The notes below the pieces were generated by a model. That model had not been told where the DNA came from. It ran no database searches and was given only the letters and a program-made list of their open reading frames with translations. A program made the translations under genes and the position numbers. A stretch of 64,000 nucleotides of DNA from Lytechinus pictus (Eukaryota): positions 17,796,001 to 17,860,000 of the forward strand of contig NC_087251.1 of NCBI RefSeq assembly GCF_037042905.1, given 5' to 3'. Shown piece by piece: positions 12,401 through 26,000 of the stretch (position 1 is its first letter; the number at the start of each line of letters is the position of its first letter).

Positions 12401-14463
12401 CCACTGTCTTCTCTAACTATCAGCTGGATTGAAATGTAAATCAAAAGAAGAGCAATGCAAAAGGGGGTTTTGTTTATTAGTCTATTATTTTTTTTTTGGC
12501 AGATGAAAAACTTTGAGTCCACAAAGAAAATGATTGAACAGCAACAGATTTGCTCAGAATGAGGTTATTATGCCATGTGGTAACATCTATACATTACATA
12601 CACTACATCTTTAATTGTTTTAATGAATAAATATATTGAATCACTGCATATACTGAATATTTCATATCCTCACCTAATGAAGGTGATGGATATGATAACC
12701 GAAGGTGTGTTCTTGTGATGCATCTGATAGTTGTTCACTATTGAATACATCATCTGTTATTCTCATTGCTTGTAATCCATCATTCCATAATTATATTCTC
12801 ATGATGAATATACTGTAGAGTAGGCAAAGCAGAGGCAAAGAGAAAGAGAGTGGGAGAGACAAGGGGAAGGGGGGGGGGGGGAGAAACTAGAGAGATGATG
12901 AAGAGAGGAAAGGAGAAAGGATTGAACTTGGCAAAGAAATAAAAGTCACATGTTTATCATACAAAATAAAGAGAGATAAAGACAAAGTGAGAAGTAGCAA
13001 CGCAAGAGAATAAGAGAATGGGAAGGGACATGGGGGAGATGTAGACAGAAAAAAGGTAATTGTACTTGGATGCACTGAAACAAATAGGTATAAAGGAGTT
13101 AGATTGAAACCTAATAATCACCTATGCATTTAAGATAGATGAGAGAGGTTATCTCGTTGAAAACGTTATAAAAACAAAAGCAACAATAGGAAAAGCAAAA
13201 TCTTACACAAAATGCACAAAACACTTAAAAATCATAACACTTCAGGTGTAAAGATACACCATACAGCATACCTGGTCAATTCCCAGAGAAATTTCTTTCG
13301 AACCAAACCAAGAATACTATGGGTCGATAACATGGCTCAAAATAATATTGGAAGCATCAATTATTGGGTGATACAGCGAGCCATGCAAACATGGGATGAT
13401 CATGTTATCTAGGAGACCTCTGGCAAGAAGAGATAATGCAAGGTCGGAGACAGTGAGATGGATAGATGATGCATTTAGCACCGATGCCATCCTGGATGGA
13501 GACAGAAGACAGGGAGGTGAGAAATAGGTGCCCCAGGTATGAGATGGGTGGGATGATGATGGATGTGATGGTTGCTAGGGAGAGGTGCAACAACATCACC
13601 AACCATATCTCCTCCAAGGGAAGGAGTAACACTAGATGGAGGAGAGATTTTTATGGTAGGTTATTCCAAATCAAGTTAACAAGCATACTTCTGAGGAGTT
13701 AAATGACTGTATCAATTTAGCTTGGAACCACCCACACCTTGAGTTAAACTTACAAGTTCTATGACATCAGCCAACACTCAACTCATTCCTGGTCAACGTT
13801 AGTAGAAAGAGGAAATTTGACACAGTGGAGTTGCTTCCTAAAATTGACACCATTTTTGCATCAAATTTGACTCTGCAGAAATAAGAGTGCAACAAATATT
13901 CATTAAAAAACTGCTGCACTCAACCCAGGTTGAGGAAAATGGTACTTAGTAGGGTTTAATCCTTGAATGCTTTTTTAGTTAAGCAACTCAGCTGCATCCA
14001 GGGTAATGATATACGCTCTGGAGGTAGCTCCATGCATGCACTGCACAATATCGTAAAAACCCCCATAGTATCCATGGCCTGAATGGGCCTAGAGTTTCCA
14101 TGCAATATAAATATGGAAAATATAAGTAATAGTAGAAGTATAATTGTAAAGATTGGGCATTGTAAAAATCAAGGAGATGGGAGTGACATGGACCTAACAG
14201 TATTTGAAGGTGAGAACAGATACAGAACTTTAGAGAGTGAAAAACAAGATTGCTGAGAAGGGAAACTGAGAAGGTAGCACCTTCTGCATGAGGCTCTGTG
14301 GTAACTTGAGAGATGTATGCAGCTCAGTTGTCACCAGGTCAATGCTCTCCTGTGATATCATCATGATGATAATGATGACTGATGCTGTCATATGATGAGG
14401 GTGTTGATGGTGAGACTGATGGAGGTCACTAATCACCTGGCACTGATATCATTGACATCAAAC

Positions 14464-14489
14464 CAGGGAAGTGTTATAACACTTCCCTG
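14464..14489. mobile_element. 26-bp perfect palindrome with 7-bp TSD; probable P-superfamily excision footprint
   Basis: ATCAAAC|CAGGGAAGTGTTA-TAACACTTCCCTG|ATCAAAC, with the direct repeats at 14457-14463 and 14490-14496. Confidence 0.75.
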
Positions 14490-16668
14490 ATCAAACTGAG
14501 ATGCAGACATCTTCCAGGACAGTGTATTCAGGAAGAATGATATCATTTACCATATGGTAATAAAAGGCAAGAAGGGAGTTGGTGAAGATAATATTGTGAA
14601 TGATTATGATGCTATTATTGATGTCTGAAAAGAGAACACAATCTACCTGGTAATGTTGTATTAGGTTGTAAAGTGCATGCATAATACATAATCCCCACAA
14701 ACAGAATATTAGTGCAGCAAACTTCTATTTGATAAAAAAGAGTCAGTCTCAACTTCATACACTTTTGTTTTTTATTTTTTACTTTTCAAAAGTAAAATAA
14801 AGGAGAAAGAATTCAAAGAGACTGACATCCGTACTCTGTTACCATAGATTGCAAACGTCAATATGTCTTTAAATCGGTCTGTGCATGATCAAGTTACAGC
14901 AAAGGCAAAAGCGGTGTCTGAATTATTGTTGCCGCAAACATCATGAAATCTCCAAATAGCACACCTTGCAAACAGACACCTAGAAAAAGAGAACATTCCT
15001 TGTAAACAGTGTCGGATAACCCCACAGAGCGAAAATAGTCCATATTTGAACGGCATATGGCAGAGATGATACAGCGAGCCTCTCTCCCACTGAGTAATCC
15101 ATGAAACATGAGAAACATTTCATCCCACAACGCTGTCAACACAAGCCGAAAAAGAGGAAGAAAAATGTGCACAAATAGACCAAACTTAATACCCGGTCCC
15201 TCCATTTTCGGGGCAAGGTTAACAAGTCTTAAGTATGTTTGCCATCTTTTGTGGGTGTTGACAGGAGGGTGGAGGGGGGCAGGTTGAGCAGAAGGAAGAA
15301 CATAGAAGTAACTCTATGCCTATGACTGCCTTGAACTTTCGTTGGAGGTGCAATAACCGCTAGAGCCCCGTGAAATGTGAGACCAATCTGGGTGTCGGAT
15401 CTATACCCCATGCCTAACTCAAGAATGGGAACAGAGTGATAAGGGTACATTAGATGGAAAGGCAGGCTGATATATGTCAGGAAACCTGTGACAAATAGGC
15501 AGGCGAAGAAAAGTTTAGATTTTAATAGGAGAGGTGGTTTCAGGATGTTGATTCCTTTTCAGCCCAAATTTGGGGGCCCATTTCAAGAGAACTTTCAATA
15601 TTATAATAACTTTGCCATTGTGTTACATGTCAAAGTCAAGATTAACATGGTATTTACAATGACAACAAAACTATTTTAGGCATAATAGTAAGGCTTAATA
15701 AAAACATGGACCCAGAATATAAATATTTGGTTTCCAAAAAAATAATGACAAAAATAATACCAAATTTTTATATAGCACAGATTACAGTTAAGTCTCTTAG
15801 CATAGGATTTGAAGGGACTTGTTCAACACTGCCACCCCTGTCCAGCCTTTGCTATGGAAACAGCAAAGTTGTGATCATCAAGATATTCACAAGGAAAGTG
15901 GACATATCATAAGAGGATCAGGGTTCAATGAACGTTTGGTTATTCTATATGACTTTGAGAAATATGATTTGTTAATCATTTCAAGTATTATCAGTGTACC
16001 AGTGGAAAGAAATCACTATGCATGAAAATAATATCAAATGACTTTTGAATTTGAACCTAGGACCAATTACACATCACACAATCCTTGTTGACTGATGATC
16101 ATACAGCCACAAGATCACTTCTATAAGAGCTATCATGTCTTCTCAATGTTACAAGCTACCACACCAGCTGTCAATATTCAGTTGAAGGCTTATCGCATGT
16201 ATGAAGAATATAAATGAATTGTATGTCTAACTTCCTATTCCATGTTCAAATGCAAGTATATCTGAAATTATTATTTTGTAGAAAACATGAACATAATAAT
16301 AAATGAACTAAACCCCTCAAAAAAAGTAACGCAACTCGAGTTTGAGGGGTTATAAAAATCTTATTGGCCCATCACCATATGTGAAAATGGTATCATATGC
16401 AAGCGGAATTATTCCTCTTTGCAATGATGTCATTTGTTATGTTGATTTTACCATGAGATGCGCAGTCATGATAAATGAGCAGTAATGTCAAGAACAAAAT
16501 GTTGCAAAATTCACTGTTTTCAGTAGTGAATTCATGATTGTACTGAACAGACTTGGATTGGTGTTTAACTCATTATTTCAAACATTTAAAGACAATGAAG
16601 ACACAGAAACAAATTGTTTATGTTTTATCACTTTCTTAAATTTTATTGAGAACTTCATACAACACGAG

Positions 16669-17662
16669 TCAGTAGCGGGTAGATGACCCAAACACATTAA
16701 CTACTGCATTACATCTCCTCCTCATACCGTTCACCAATCTCGTCACACGAGCCTGTGGGATGGCGTTCCACTCTTCAACCAGAATCAGGCGAAGCTCTGC
16801 TAACGTTGTATGATCAGTCACTCTCTGCCTGACAGACCTGCCAAGCTGATCCCACAAGTGTTCAATTGGGTTGAGGTCTGAACTGTTCGCTGGCCACTCC
16901 ATCCTCTCAACGCCCTCATTCTGCAAGTACTCGTTGTCATCTTGAAAGATAGCATTTGGGCCAAGATTACCGTGCAAATATGGAAGTACCACTGGTTGAA
17001 GCACTTCGTCTCTGTAGCGCTGAGCTGTCATGTTGCCATCAACAAGGATGAGTGGTGTCTTCCCCATCGTGGACATGCCTCCCCAAACCATTACACTGCC
17101 TCCTTCAAATGCTGTCACTCTGTCGACGCAACAATCAGCAAATCGCTCACCAGGACGTCGCCTGACCTTGATCCTGCCGTCAAGCTTCCTAAGACAGAAT
17201 AGTGACTCATCAGAAAAAAAGGACAGATCTCCACATCGCCTGGTTCCATCGTAAATGGTCACGGTACCAGCGCATACGGGTACGATGGTGAAGGACAGTC
17301 ATGGCAGGTCTTCTTGCAGCTTTACGGGCGCTCAAGTTGGTTGCATGGAGCCGGTTTCTGATCGTCTGATCAGACAGTCTTCTCCCGTATCTCCGTGCAA
17401 ACCTTTCTTGGAGATTTCTTGCCGATAGCCTTCGATTCCTTTATGCAGAGAGGGTGATATAGAGATCTTCCTCTGGTGTTGTCTGCTTTGGACGCCCACT
17501 TCTTGGCCTGTCTTTAACTTCCCCAGAATCAAGGAATTTGGCACTCAATCTTGAGATGGTGCTTTTGCTCACACCAAACCGGATGGCAACATCGTTTTGG
17601 GATACCCCTGCTTGGAGTTGGCCAATTGCTTGGGCCCTAAGGAGATTTGATAAGCGGGGCAT
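16669..17662 (-). pseudogene. Tc1 (DD34E-type) transposase, inactivated
   Basis: N-terminal paired-like HTH (MPRLS...VAIRFGVSKSTISRL...DRPRSGRPK) and catalytic motifs FSDES, GGSVMVWGG, FQDDN and WPANSSDLNPIEHLW. Lesions: in-frame TAA at 17441-17443, a +1 frameshift in the A7 run at 17214-17220, and about 10 codons missing after FQDDN (near 16932). Confidence 0.95.
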
Positions 17663-17730
17663 ATGGAAACCTTTTTCAAGCAACCACAAAAAAAAACACC
17701 ACAGGTTTACCTCACACAAACCAATAGTAA

Positions 17731-17893
17731 AACCTCAGTCACATTTGCTCTATGGCGGCCGTACGGCGAGTCGAAAACAGCCGTTTTAACATTTGTTGTA
17801 CCAGCTACATAATAAGTGATTTGAATAAAAATGAATAAAACGGCTGTTTTCGACTCGCCGTACGGCCGCCGTAGAGCAAATGTGACCGAGGTA
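17731..17893. mobile_element. PIF/Harbinger-like hairpin MITE inserted upstream of the Tc1 transposase
   Basis: About 57-bp TIRs, ACCTCAGTCACATTTGCTCTATGGCGGCCGTACGGCGAGTCGAAAACAGCCGTTTTA and its inverse with 2 mismatches. Flanked by TAA and TTA. Confidence 0.9.
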
Positions 17894-18873
17894 TTAGGCT
17901 TAACACACATGATTCATGTCTTTTGACTTCATCAATTACGACCTGGACAGCATTCAAACACATTTAAAGTAAGAACACAATCACATAAACATTTCTGAAA
18001 AAACAACAATATTCATCGGGGCAAAATGCAAACCCATGTGCAGATTCAAAAGAAATGCAGACTTTGGTTAAGAAACAATGCATTTTGCAACATTTCACTT
18101 CTGACTTTGCCTTATTGTCAGGTGTACTGAACATTCCTCGATTGCATAATCAGGACAATCATTTTAATCATTGTAAAGAGGAATAATGGAACTTTTCAAT
18201 GACACCACTCTCACCTTTTATAGATCAATGATAAAAAAGTTATCCTCCCTCAAACTTGAGTTGCGTTACTTTTTTTGAGGGGTTTATAATAACACTGTAC
18301 ACCTGCTAATTAGTTTATAGCTGCTATCAGGTGTTATTATCAGACACTAGATATCTAGAATAAATGCAAAGAAAATACTTCTCTGCATCTATATTGCATA
18401 ACACTTATCACACAGAAACTGTGTCAAGGACTTGATGGCTTTCCCTGAGCTCATTCTCTTTTCATCGCTGTTCTAATAAATTCGAATGTGGTGTATTTGT
18501 AACCAGAGAAGCTAACGGATGATGCTCACTCCGGTTTGAAAGTTTTATGAAGAAGCACCTGTGTCTCGGGTGACATCCTAACCTTACTTTGCAGAGGGGG
18601 CCATGGCATGGCATCGACCTACCCTCCAACAAGCTCCTAGGTCACCTTTGTTGGAACAAACTCTCATGGGAAGATAATCAGGTTAAATTGACACCTTCCC
18701 AACCATCTTTAAGGAGATAGTAAAATTGTAAAGAGGGTAACATGATGAGTCAATTGTTTGGGGAGTTAGAGACAGTCTGATGTGACATGCCATGTCATTC
18801 CATGTCATATGATATCACCTAAAAGTGTTCATTTACAGACACATTAATATTCAAAGGATTTGAATACAATCAG

Positions 18874-19005
18874 GGCCCACCTAGCACAAAACCCAGCGAT
18901 TGATCTTAAAGTTCATTTTTATGATTGAATGGAAACAATAGTTGCAATAAAAATGGGAATCAGTCAAACGATCAATCTTATTATAAAAGCTTTGTGTTGT
19001 GGGCC
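18874..19005. mobile_element. Degraded short Harbinger-like MITE
   Basis: GGCCCAC...CACAAA...GATTGATC at the left is the imperfect inverse of GATCAATC...TTTGTG...GTGGGCC at the right. Confidence 0.5.
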
Positions 19006-22000
19006 TAGGGGTCATTTTGCAATTCAAATAGTCAAGTAATTCTGATAAGCAACAAAAATCAATGCTGATCCATTTCAGACTTTGACAACCGTCTATGCCT
19101 ATACCTACTGCCAATAAATATATTTGTGTGATAATTAATGAAATCAGTTAAAATTTATGGTGTCAAATTTAGTGGGTACAACAGAATATCAGACTGAGGG
19201 TCACAAGATTTACAATTCAAGTCCTGTCATAGCACCAAAACACTCTAGCAAGCCATCAATCCATTACTGGTATTCACCCTGACACATTAGATCAGTTTAT
19301 AGAGTGGTGGTCTTGTAGTCTAATGACCTGTGTTCAAAATCAGTCAATGCACAAGTGCCATTTGGTAAGCTCAATGAGAAACTAAACTGATCCACTCTCT
19401 GGTTGCTTACTATGAAACATTTATTTTCCATCTTTCTTCAAATTATCTTTATTATTATCTTCATTCTTAGTTTCTTAGCAGTTAGTTGAAATTGCCACCA
19501 ATGAAATATATGAAAATGAAGCTAGCTATCTTGAATGTCAGTAATATAGTGGAAGCCTAAACAGAACCATGGCCATTTCATGACGCTGTTTGTAGGTTAT
19601 GCATGATTCTATGCAGGACTGGTGACTTGTTTTATGCTCAATGTTATGTATTCAACTTGACACCAAAAAACATGTTCAGTCGTGTGAAATTTACAAACTT
19701 ATATAAATAGCAAAGTTAGTAAGATTTTATGAAGTGCTTTCATACCAACCTGATCACAGATAATACTTTGTATCTTTATACTGGGGATTCAACCCACATC
19801 TAGTGTGCAAATGAGAAAGTAAACAACTCACAACATTATAAAAATGTTTATAGTTAAACTTTTCAAATTATCAGAACTTTTCACCAAAACTTCTCCAAGA
19901 TTGATGGGATTTTTGCAGATTGAAAGCAAATTATCAAAATCTTAGACATAAGGCAATGTGCATTATTTGCACATGTATGTGAGAGTCTCGTTGCTGGCTC
20001 ATAACTGAAATAACTTTACCTGATTCTGACTTGAGTAACTGCACACAACACAAAATTATCAAGTATTTCATGGCTATTTTTGTGATTAGGTGAGTGTAAA
20101 AGTACCTATGTCATTAATAGCAAAGTTGTAGGCAAATGTAGGAAATGTATTTTTTTTATTTTTATGTTTGTAAATTTTCATATCAGGTTGGAACATTACT
20201 AACTGCACACTGCAGAGAAGTAGGACCATAGCGACAGTCCAGCAATTGCACCAAATGAATTTGCCCAACATACCAGCGATTGTATGTTCTAATGAACGCT
20301 CTGGTGAGTGATAGGCATCTACTCAGTTATCACTACTTAATCTAGAATGATGAGCTACTGTTGATTAAAGAGGGCTGGTAATAATTAGAAGACCTGGGCT
20401 GGCCAACGAATAAAAATATCATTCACAGTCCCATAAAGACAGTACTTGTTTTAAACCCATTTTCTTACCATACAATACTGAAATACTTAAAGCAGTAAAA
20501 GTGTGTGTTTTACCAGCAATTTTATTTAACAAAAATAAGAGATAGAGACGGTGGAATAATGGTGGAGAAAGAATAAAAATACAGATGGATAAACGGATCA
20601 ATAGACAGATACATTGATTGATAGACAAAGAAAGATAGATGGATGACAAGATACATATATACATAAATCTGAATATAATAGATCAAATTATATCATTTTT
20701 TTCTTTCACTGGGATCTCATTATTTCCTTTGTCATCTTTTGAATACAATTTCCACTTGTTGCTGATGCTCAGATTTTAAAATAAGTTATGTTAGTCCTAA
20801 TATTCAACCATTTTCCCCAAGCAAAATACAAAAAAATGTATAAGAATAAGGATAATCTGTATATTCAGAATCGAAGTTAACTTCAATGTATTTACACAGT
20901 AGTTCAAAATGCCCACCCTTTCATCTTCTTATATTTCCATGTTTTTAAAATGAAGTGAAAATTTAACCAAACTATATTACTGGTACTGCCCGGGCTCTCT
21001 AATAAAAGAATGAAGGGGGGTGTGAAACACTGAATTTGATATACATCAGGAAATAAGCAGCTTTGTGGATAAGCCATGAATCATACAACATTCCCTAATT
21101 TTTCAAAGAAAAGTTGAGTCATATCTATCCTTCTAACACCTTTTGAGGTGTGATTTTTATCTTGTACAGGGTGTTGAGAGAGATGTGTCCGATCAATTAA
21201 GGAGTATGATTTAGAATGAGAGGAGAAATATACGGGAAGGGGAGGGGGAGAGGGAGGTTGAAGAGGGATGAGGTAGATAAAATATCCCCAAAAGGATATT
21301 TAAAAATGTTATGGAAAGCAGTATAGGGAACGGGGGTGGGGGAGGGATTGGATGGGAGCAAGGAACAGTCATAAACTGGTATTGAGTATTTCCTTAGAAT
21401 GGAAAGGGGATCAACTGAATTGTGCATAAGGCGTATAAGTGAGATGTGCATTTCTTTACAAATCACATTCTGATCATAATGAATAAATTGTCGATTAAAC
21501 TCAGGAAGTCATCCTTGGAGGCTGTATATCTTCAAAATTTATCATGATGTAGTAAAAAAACAGTTTCTGTCTTGAAACTTTTCCAAGAGGAAATTAGAGT
21601 ATAGCTTAAGAGCAAAGTAAATGCCTTTAACCTTCTTTGCAAAAAACAAACTTGAATCTCTTTGGCTGGTACACCTATGGTGGGTGGAGGAATAATTAAA
21701 AGTGGATTAATCCTTTTTAAAATTACTTGATGTAAAATATTTGGTGTAGATTGTGTTAGCTTTGAGAAAAAAACACATTACCTTGGCAGAAGAATCTCAA
21801 GAGGATAGTCTGTATCAGCAGGGATTGCGGACGTACATAAAAGTAATCTACTGAAGATGTTGACATAGACCACAGTATGCCTTTATTCTTAGGTGACATA
21901 GTGCAGTAAAATACTTAAGGTATTAAAAAACGATTGCCCCATTCATCATCACAGTAATGCTCAAGTATAGAATATAGATATAGATATTACCAAACATTTC

Positions 22001-22154
22001 CAAGAGAATACAAAAGGTCTGAAATCATAAAACTTTTTAACAGTTTTTTAAATCTGAATATAAAAATAAAAGAGTCTGAATGAGCTTTAAGTCTGAATTA
22101 TCATCCCATTTATATCACTGGCAGGTCAAAACTCCAATATATTACAAATACATA

Positions 22155-22469
22155 GGCCCATATTCTGAAGTCAGGTTGAACTTAGACTATGGTTTAACTC
22201 TGTGCTAAAATTATGGGAAGCCAAAAGTGTCAAAATTTTTAGTAAGTTGTATGTTTCATATATTTACTGTGTTCTTTCCTGATTCTTCAATGGTGAAGAT
22301 CAACAATCATCTATTTATACTCCCTAGACAATTATGAATAATTTGAGAGCCAAATGAGCTGTAATATGATATCTCTACTGTTAGTGATTTATGTAACAAT
22401 TGGCTATCCATACTTAAACCACAACTTTAAACCTAAGTTTAAGTTAAACCTAACTTCAGAATACGGGCC
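22155..22469. mobile_element. PIF/Harbinger-like MITE
   Basis: ATA at 22152-22154 and 22470-22472. TIR GGCCCATATTCTGAAGTCAGGTT / AACCTAACTTCAGAATACGGGCC. Confidence 0.88.
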
Positions 22470-22802
22470 ATAGACTTTTTGGAAAGGAGAGCTCCAAAAG
22501 CATAGCTTTGCAGTTTTGCACTTTCATCTCATTAGGGTAACAATTGATAACTTTAAAAAAATGTGTTGAAACTTTCTTAAAAGCCCACTCAACATTTTGC
22601 CCATAAGGATTAAGTTAACCCAACACTTCCCTCTTAGAAACACAAGTTGTCATCTTTCATATTAAAAAGAAACAAAAGAATAGACAGAATGTAAGTAGTA
22701 AGAATTTTAAAGAGAAAGAAGTGTCATGACCTGCATGAAAATGAATGGCAATATACCAAGAGATTGCAGAACAGGCAAGGCTTGTAAAAGGTGAAGCTTA
22801 TA

Positions 22803-23082
22803 CACTGTTTAAAAAAACGTGATTTTACAGAAAAAAAGAGATTTTGAAGAAAGCAATAACAGAATCATTCTGTAAATTCATAAAACAGGAATTTTTCTGC
22901 AATTTAACAGAACAGGTCTGCTTAAAAAGGGGAAAAGGGTGTTTTATTTAAGGAGATTTGTAAGATTACATACACCAAATACCAATTTTCTGTAAGATTA
23001 CGCAATCTGGTAAGATTACAGGTGTTCTTGAGACTCTGCTGCAGGAACTTCTTTTATTTTAAGGATAAATTTTCTAACAGTG
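22803..23082. mobile_element. EnSpm/CACTA-like MITE
   Basis: TA|CACTGTT...AACAGTG|TA termini with internal short repeats (TTCTGTAA, TTACAG, GTAAGATTAC three times). Confidence 0.75.
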
Positions 23083-26000
23083 TAAGGCAGGTTATTCCTG
23101 TGAAAGGTAGTGTACCACGCGCAACTTATCATTGGTTGAATATACCCTATCAACAAAATTCCACATGTTTTCTTGTGAATTAGACCTTATTAACAAGTGT
23201 ATCTCCTATAGAAATACAGCGTATCTAGGAGAAAAACATTTTTTCTTTTGATTTGGGTTTAACACCCTTAGCACGTTATTTGCGTAATTTGCCTCAGCAA
23301 GGAAAATATATCCATTTTAGCTTTTCTGAAAACACACGTGTATAGAAATAAAGCCCCTCCCCCCAGGAGCAGTACAGAGTTCTGAACACATGAGTGATGA
23401 CCCAATCAGGTGAGCTATTACAAACACCTTGGTGATCTGGTCTTGTAGGTTTAGTTTCACCATTGTCACCCTACCTTTAATTTTGTCTGTCACATCAAGC
23501 TTTATGGAAGGCTCATTAATCAAACCAATCTAAATTTATACATGAAGTACCCTGGAAGAAAAAGGTCAAACATATAAATCTTGATATTCATCTTTTCTAC
23601 TTAATTTACTGATCAGCTTTTGTTCGTAAAATATGATTTATCATGTGAAACCTAAATCTTACTTAATTTCCTTTGCCATTCACCACAGCTTCTAGAATTT
23701 AACTTTCATAAATGATTATCACCATGCTATTAATTATAATCTCTGCATGGTAATCATGATGGTTTCTTATGAAGAAGTATCGCATAGCCCCAGACGGTCA
23801 TTTGGAAGTGGTTACCCTTTCGCAATCCTCCTTGAATGCTACAGGGTTAACTTCTTGCAGCCAGATGGTGTGACCACATGACTTCCCCCTCAAAACCAAG
23901 GAATTACCCAGACCATTAAACCCTGCACAACAATGACACAGGAAGATCCATATATAGCCCTCTACTGCCCTCGATAAATACACAATGCCCTATAAGTGTC
24001 TCCTTGCATTATCGATAGCAGCTGATATTTAAGAACATCATTAACTTTGTTGTTGGCCAAGTTCAAAGGATTGCTAAGAGTTAAGCAAAAAGAATTGATG
24101 AAATGAAGGCAGGAGTTTAATTCACAAAGCTGAAATGACAACCTTGGTACAAATTTAATAGTTCAACGTTCACTGAATCATGCTTCTGTAAAATCACACA
24201 TTCCGATTTCAGTCTTTAACTTCTAATTTCCAAATTTGACCCAGCGACTCAAGGTGTCTGCATGCTGAGGAAATGGGGAATTAAGTCTGTCCACTCTTTC
24301 CTTTCAAAGCACCACTGGGAGACAGTATTACGAGGCGGGTGGAGCGATAGTACGCTAGAGGGTTGGCCTTAGGATGATGTTTGCAGAGACTCCTGTAACC
24401 AAAAGTATGTTTAGAGAAGGGATACCCATCCAGGGAAGCTGAGAGGATGTGGCTAGTTAAGGGTTGCTGTCATTAGACCATCTCCTTCTTGCCCACTCCC
24501 CCAAGGGATGGGGGAGATAAAGGTTAAGGACCTGCTGTCATCTGCACTATGACATTACTCATTAACAAATGATTATAGAGTGAACTCTTTCTTTACCTGA
24601 AGGAAATAAGCAACAAGCAGTGATTTTTTTTGGTGAATAAAATCATTTCAAAAACAGTTCTCTTGGTATAAATAATTACAAGGTTTTGAATATTCATATA
24701 AGTAGTCATTAAAATTCAAACTCTCAACAACAAGAATAACTACTTCAGCAGAATCTCTTGAAACATTGCACATACATCCCAAACAAGATTTGTAGATCAT
24801 ACACAATTTCAGTGACATACCAAACTAAAAATCAATCTTTAGCTAGCCATCTTGTAGGCCTAGATGTGTTAGCCCACTACAATTATTATGTAGCTTGTTC
24901 ATTACGGCATATCAGGGTGGAGGGTGGGCAAGTACCCTTGACACCACATTCTGGCAACACCAGACGTTAATAGGCAGAAGAATTTGACTGATGAACAACA
25001 GAGAAGTGACTGGGTTCATATGTTGCTCTGGAACTGCTCTCCTAGGTACACCACTGCTTGTTTGTAGTTCATTGTCCACACAGTACAAGTACCTCATCAA
25101 ATTAACTCTGTAAAGACACATCATTCATCAAGCTCATTAGAAAGAAGTGTTGTGATCTATGTGAAGGTGATGTGAAGGTATTTACAATCATGAATGTGAT
25201 GAGAGCTATCATTCCACAAGGTACACAACATGAGTAAATGACCCCTGGTAACCATCCCACTTGCATTCCATTTGATTGAAAACAATTGCTCTAAAAGGAA
25301 ATAAGCAAAGGTGGTCTTAGAAGCTACAAATCACTTTCCAAAACACAGGTAAAAAGGGGTAAAAATTGTGCATGCTGAAATTCTGACGCTCCACAAAACT
25401 AATCAGTATGTTCATGAATCTCTAGTTGGTACATTGTGGAAATAACTTTCCACATAGTGATAGCTGTATTAAAATAAGTGAAGACCTTATTTTTTACAGA
25501 TTTGATCGGAAAGTCTTTAACAACCTGAACTCTGAATGGCCCCAATCCTACCATAGAGCTATGATATCCATAGATCAGCTATAGTTTACAATAACATACA
25601 CTGAATATGCACAAGCATGGTATAGAATTTAAATTCAAAGCAGATTAATAACATAAAAAAAATAACTACATATATTAAGGAAAATGTAGACCACCTGGTC
25701 TTGATGGAAAAGTCAAATCATGGGACAATATCCATCAACTAAGAGAATCATTCTGCCTATTGTAATATCTTTCATTCCAATTGATGACTAAATTCTGCTA
25801 TTCCCTACATTTTGTACAGTGGTAAACCGGTTCGAGTGGACAACAGGTTAACATACCAAATATCAAATGAAAGACCTCACAAATGAAATCACCCCTTCCC
25901 ACACCATCAAGCCCCACCTCTTCCTCAAGTCATTCTGCCACCCCAACCCAACTATCTATGAAACTGTTTGTTTGGCAGTGAGTCACACCATGTAACAGTG

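Larger units (their letters stand above)
16311..18284 (-). mobile_element. Full-length Tc1-family DNA transposon (about 1.97 kb including a nested MITE)
   Basis: TA at 16309-16310 and 18285-18286. 38-bp outer TIR AACCCCTCAAAAAAAGTAACGCAACTC(G/A)AGTTTGAGGG with one mismatch. Patchy inverted similarity continues to about 210 bp. Encodes a Tc1 transposase. Confidence 0.97.

Noticed and set aside
13910..14010. SINE-like core (CTGCACTCAACCCAGGT...GGTAC), plus similar tRNA-head-like traces near 19190-19400
   Set aside because: Too degraded to show A/B boxes or boundaries, so not supportable as a feature.
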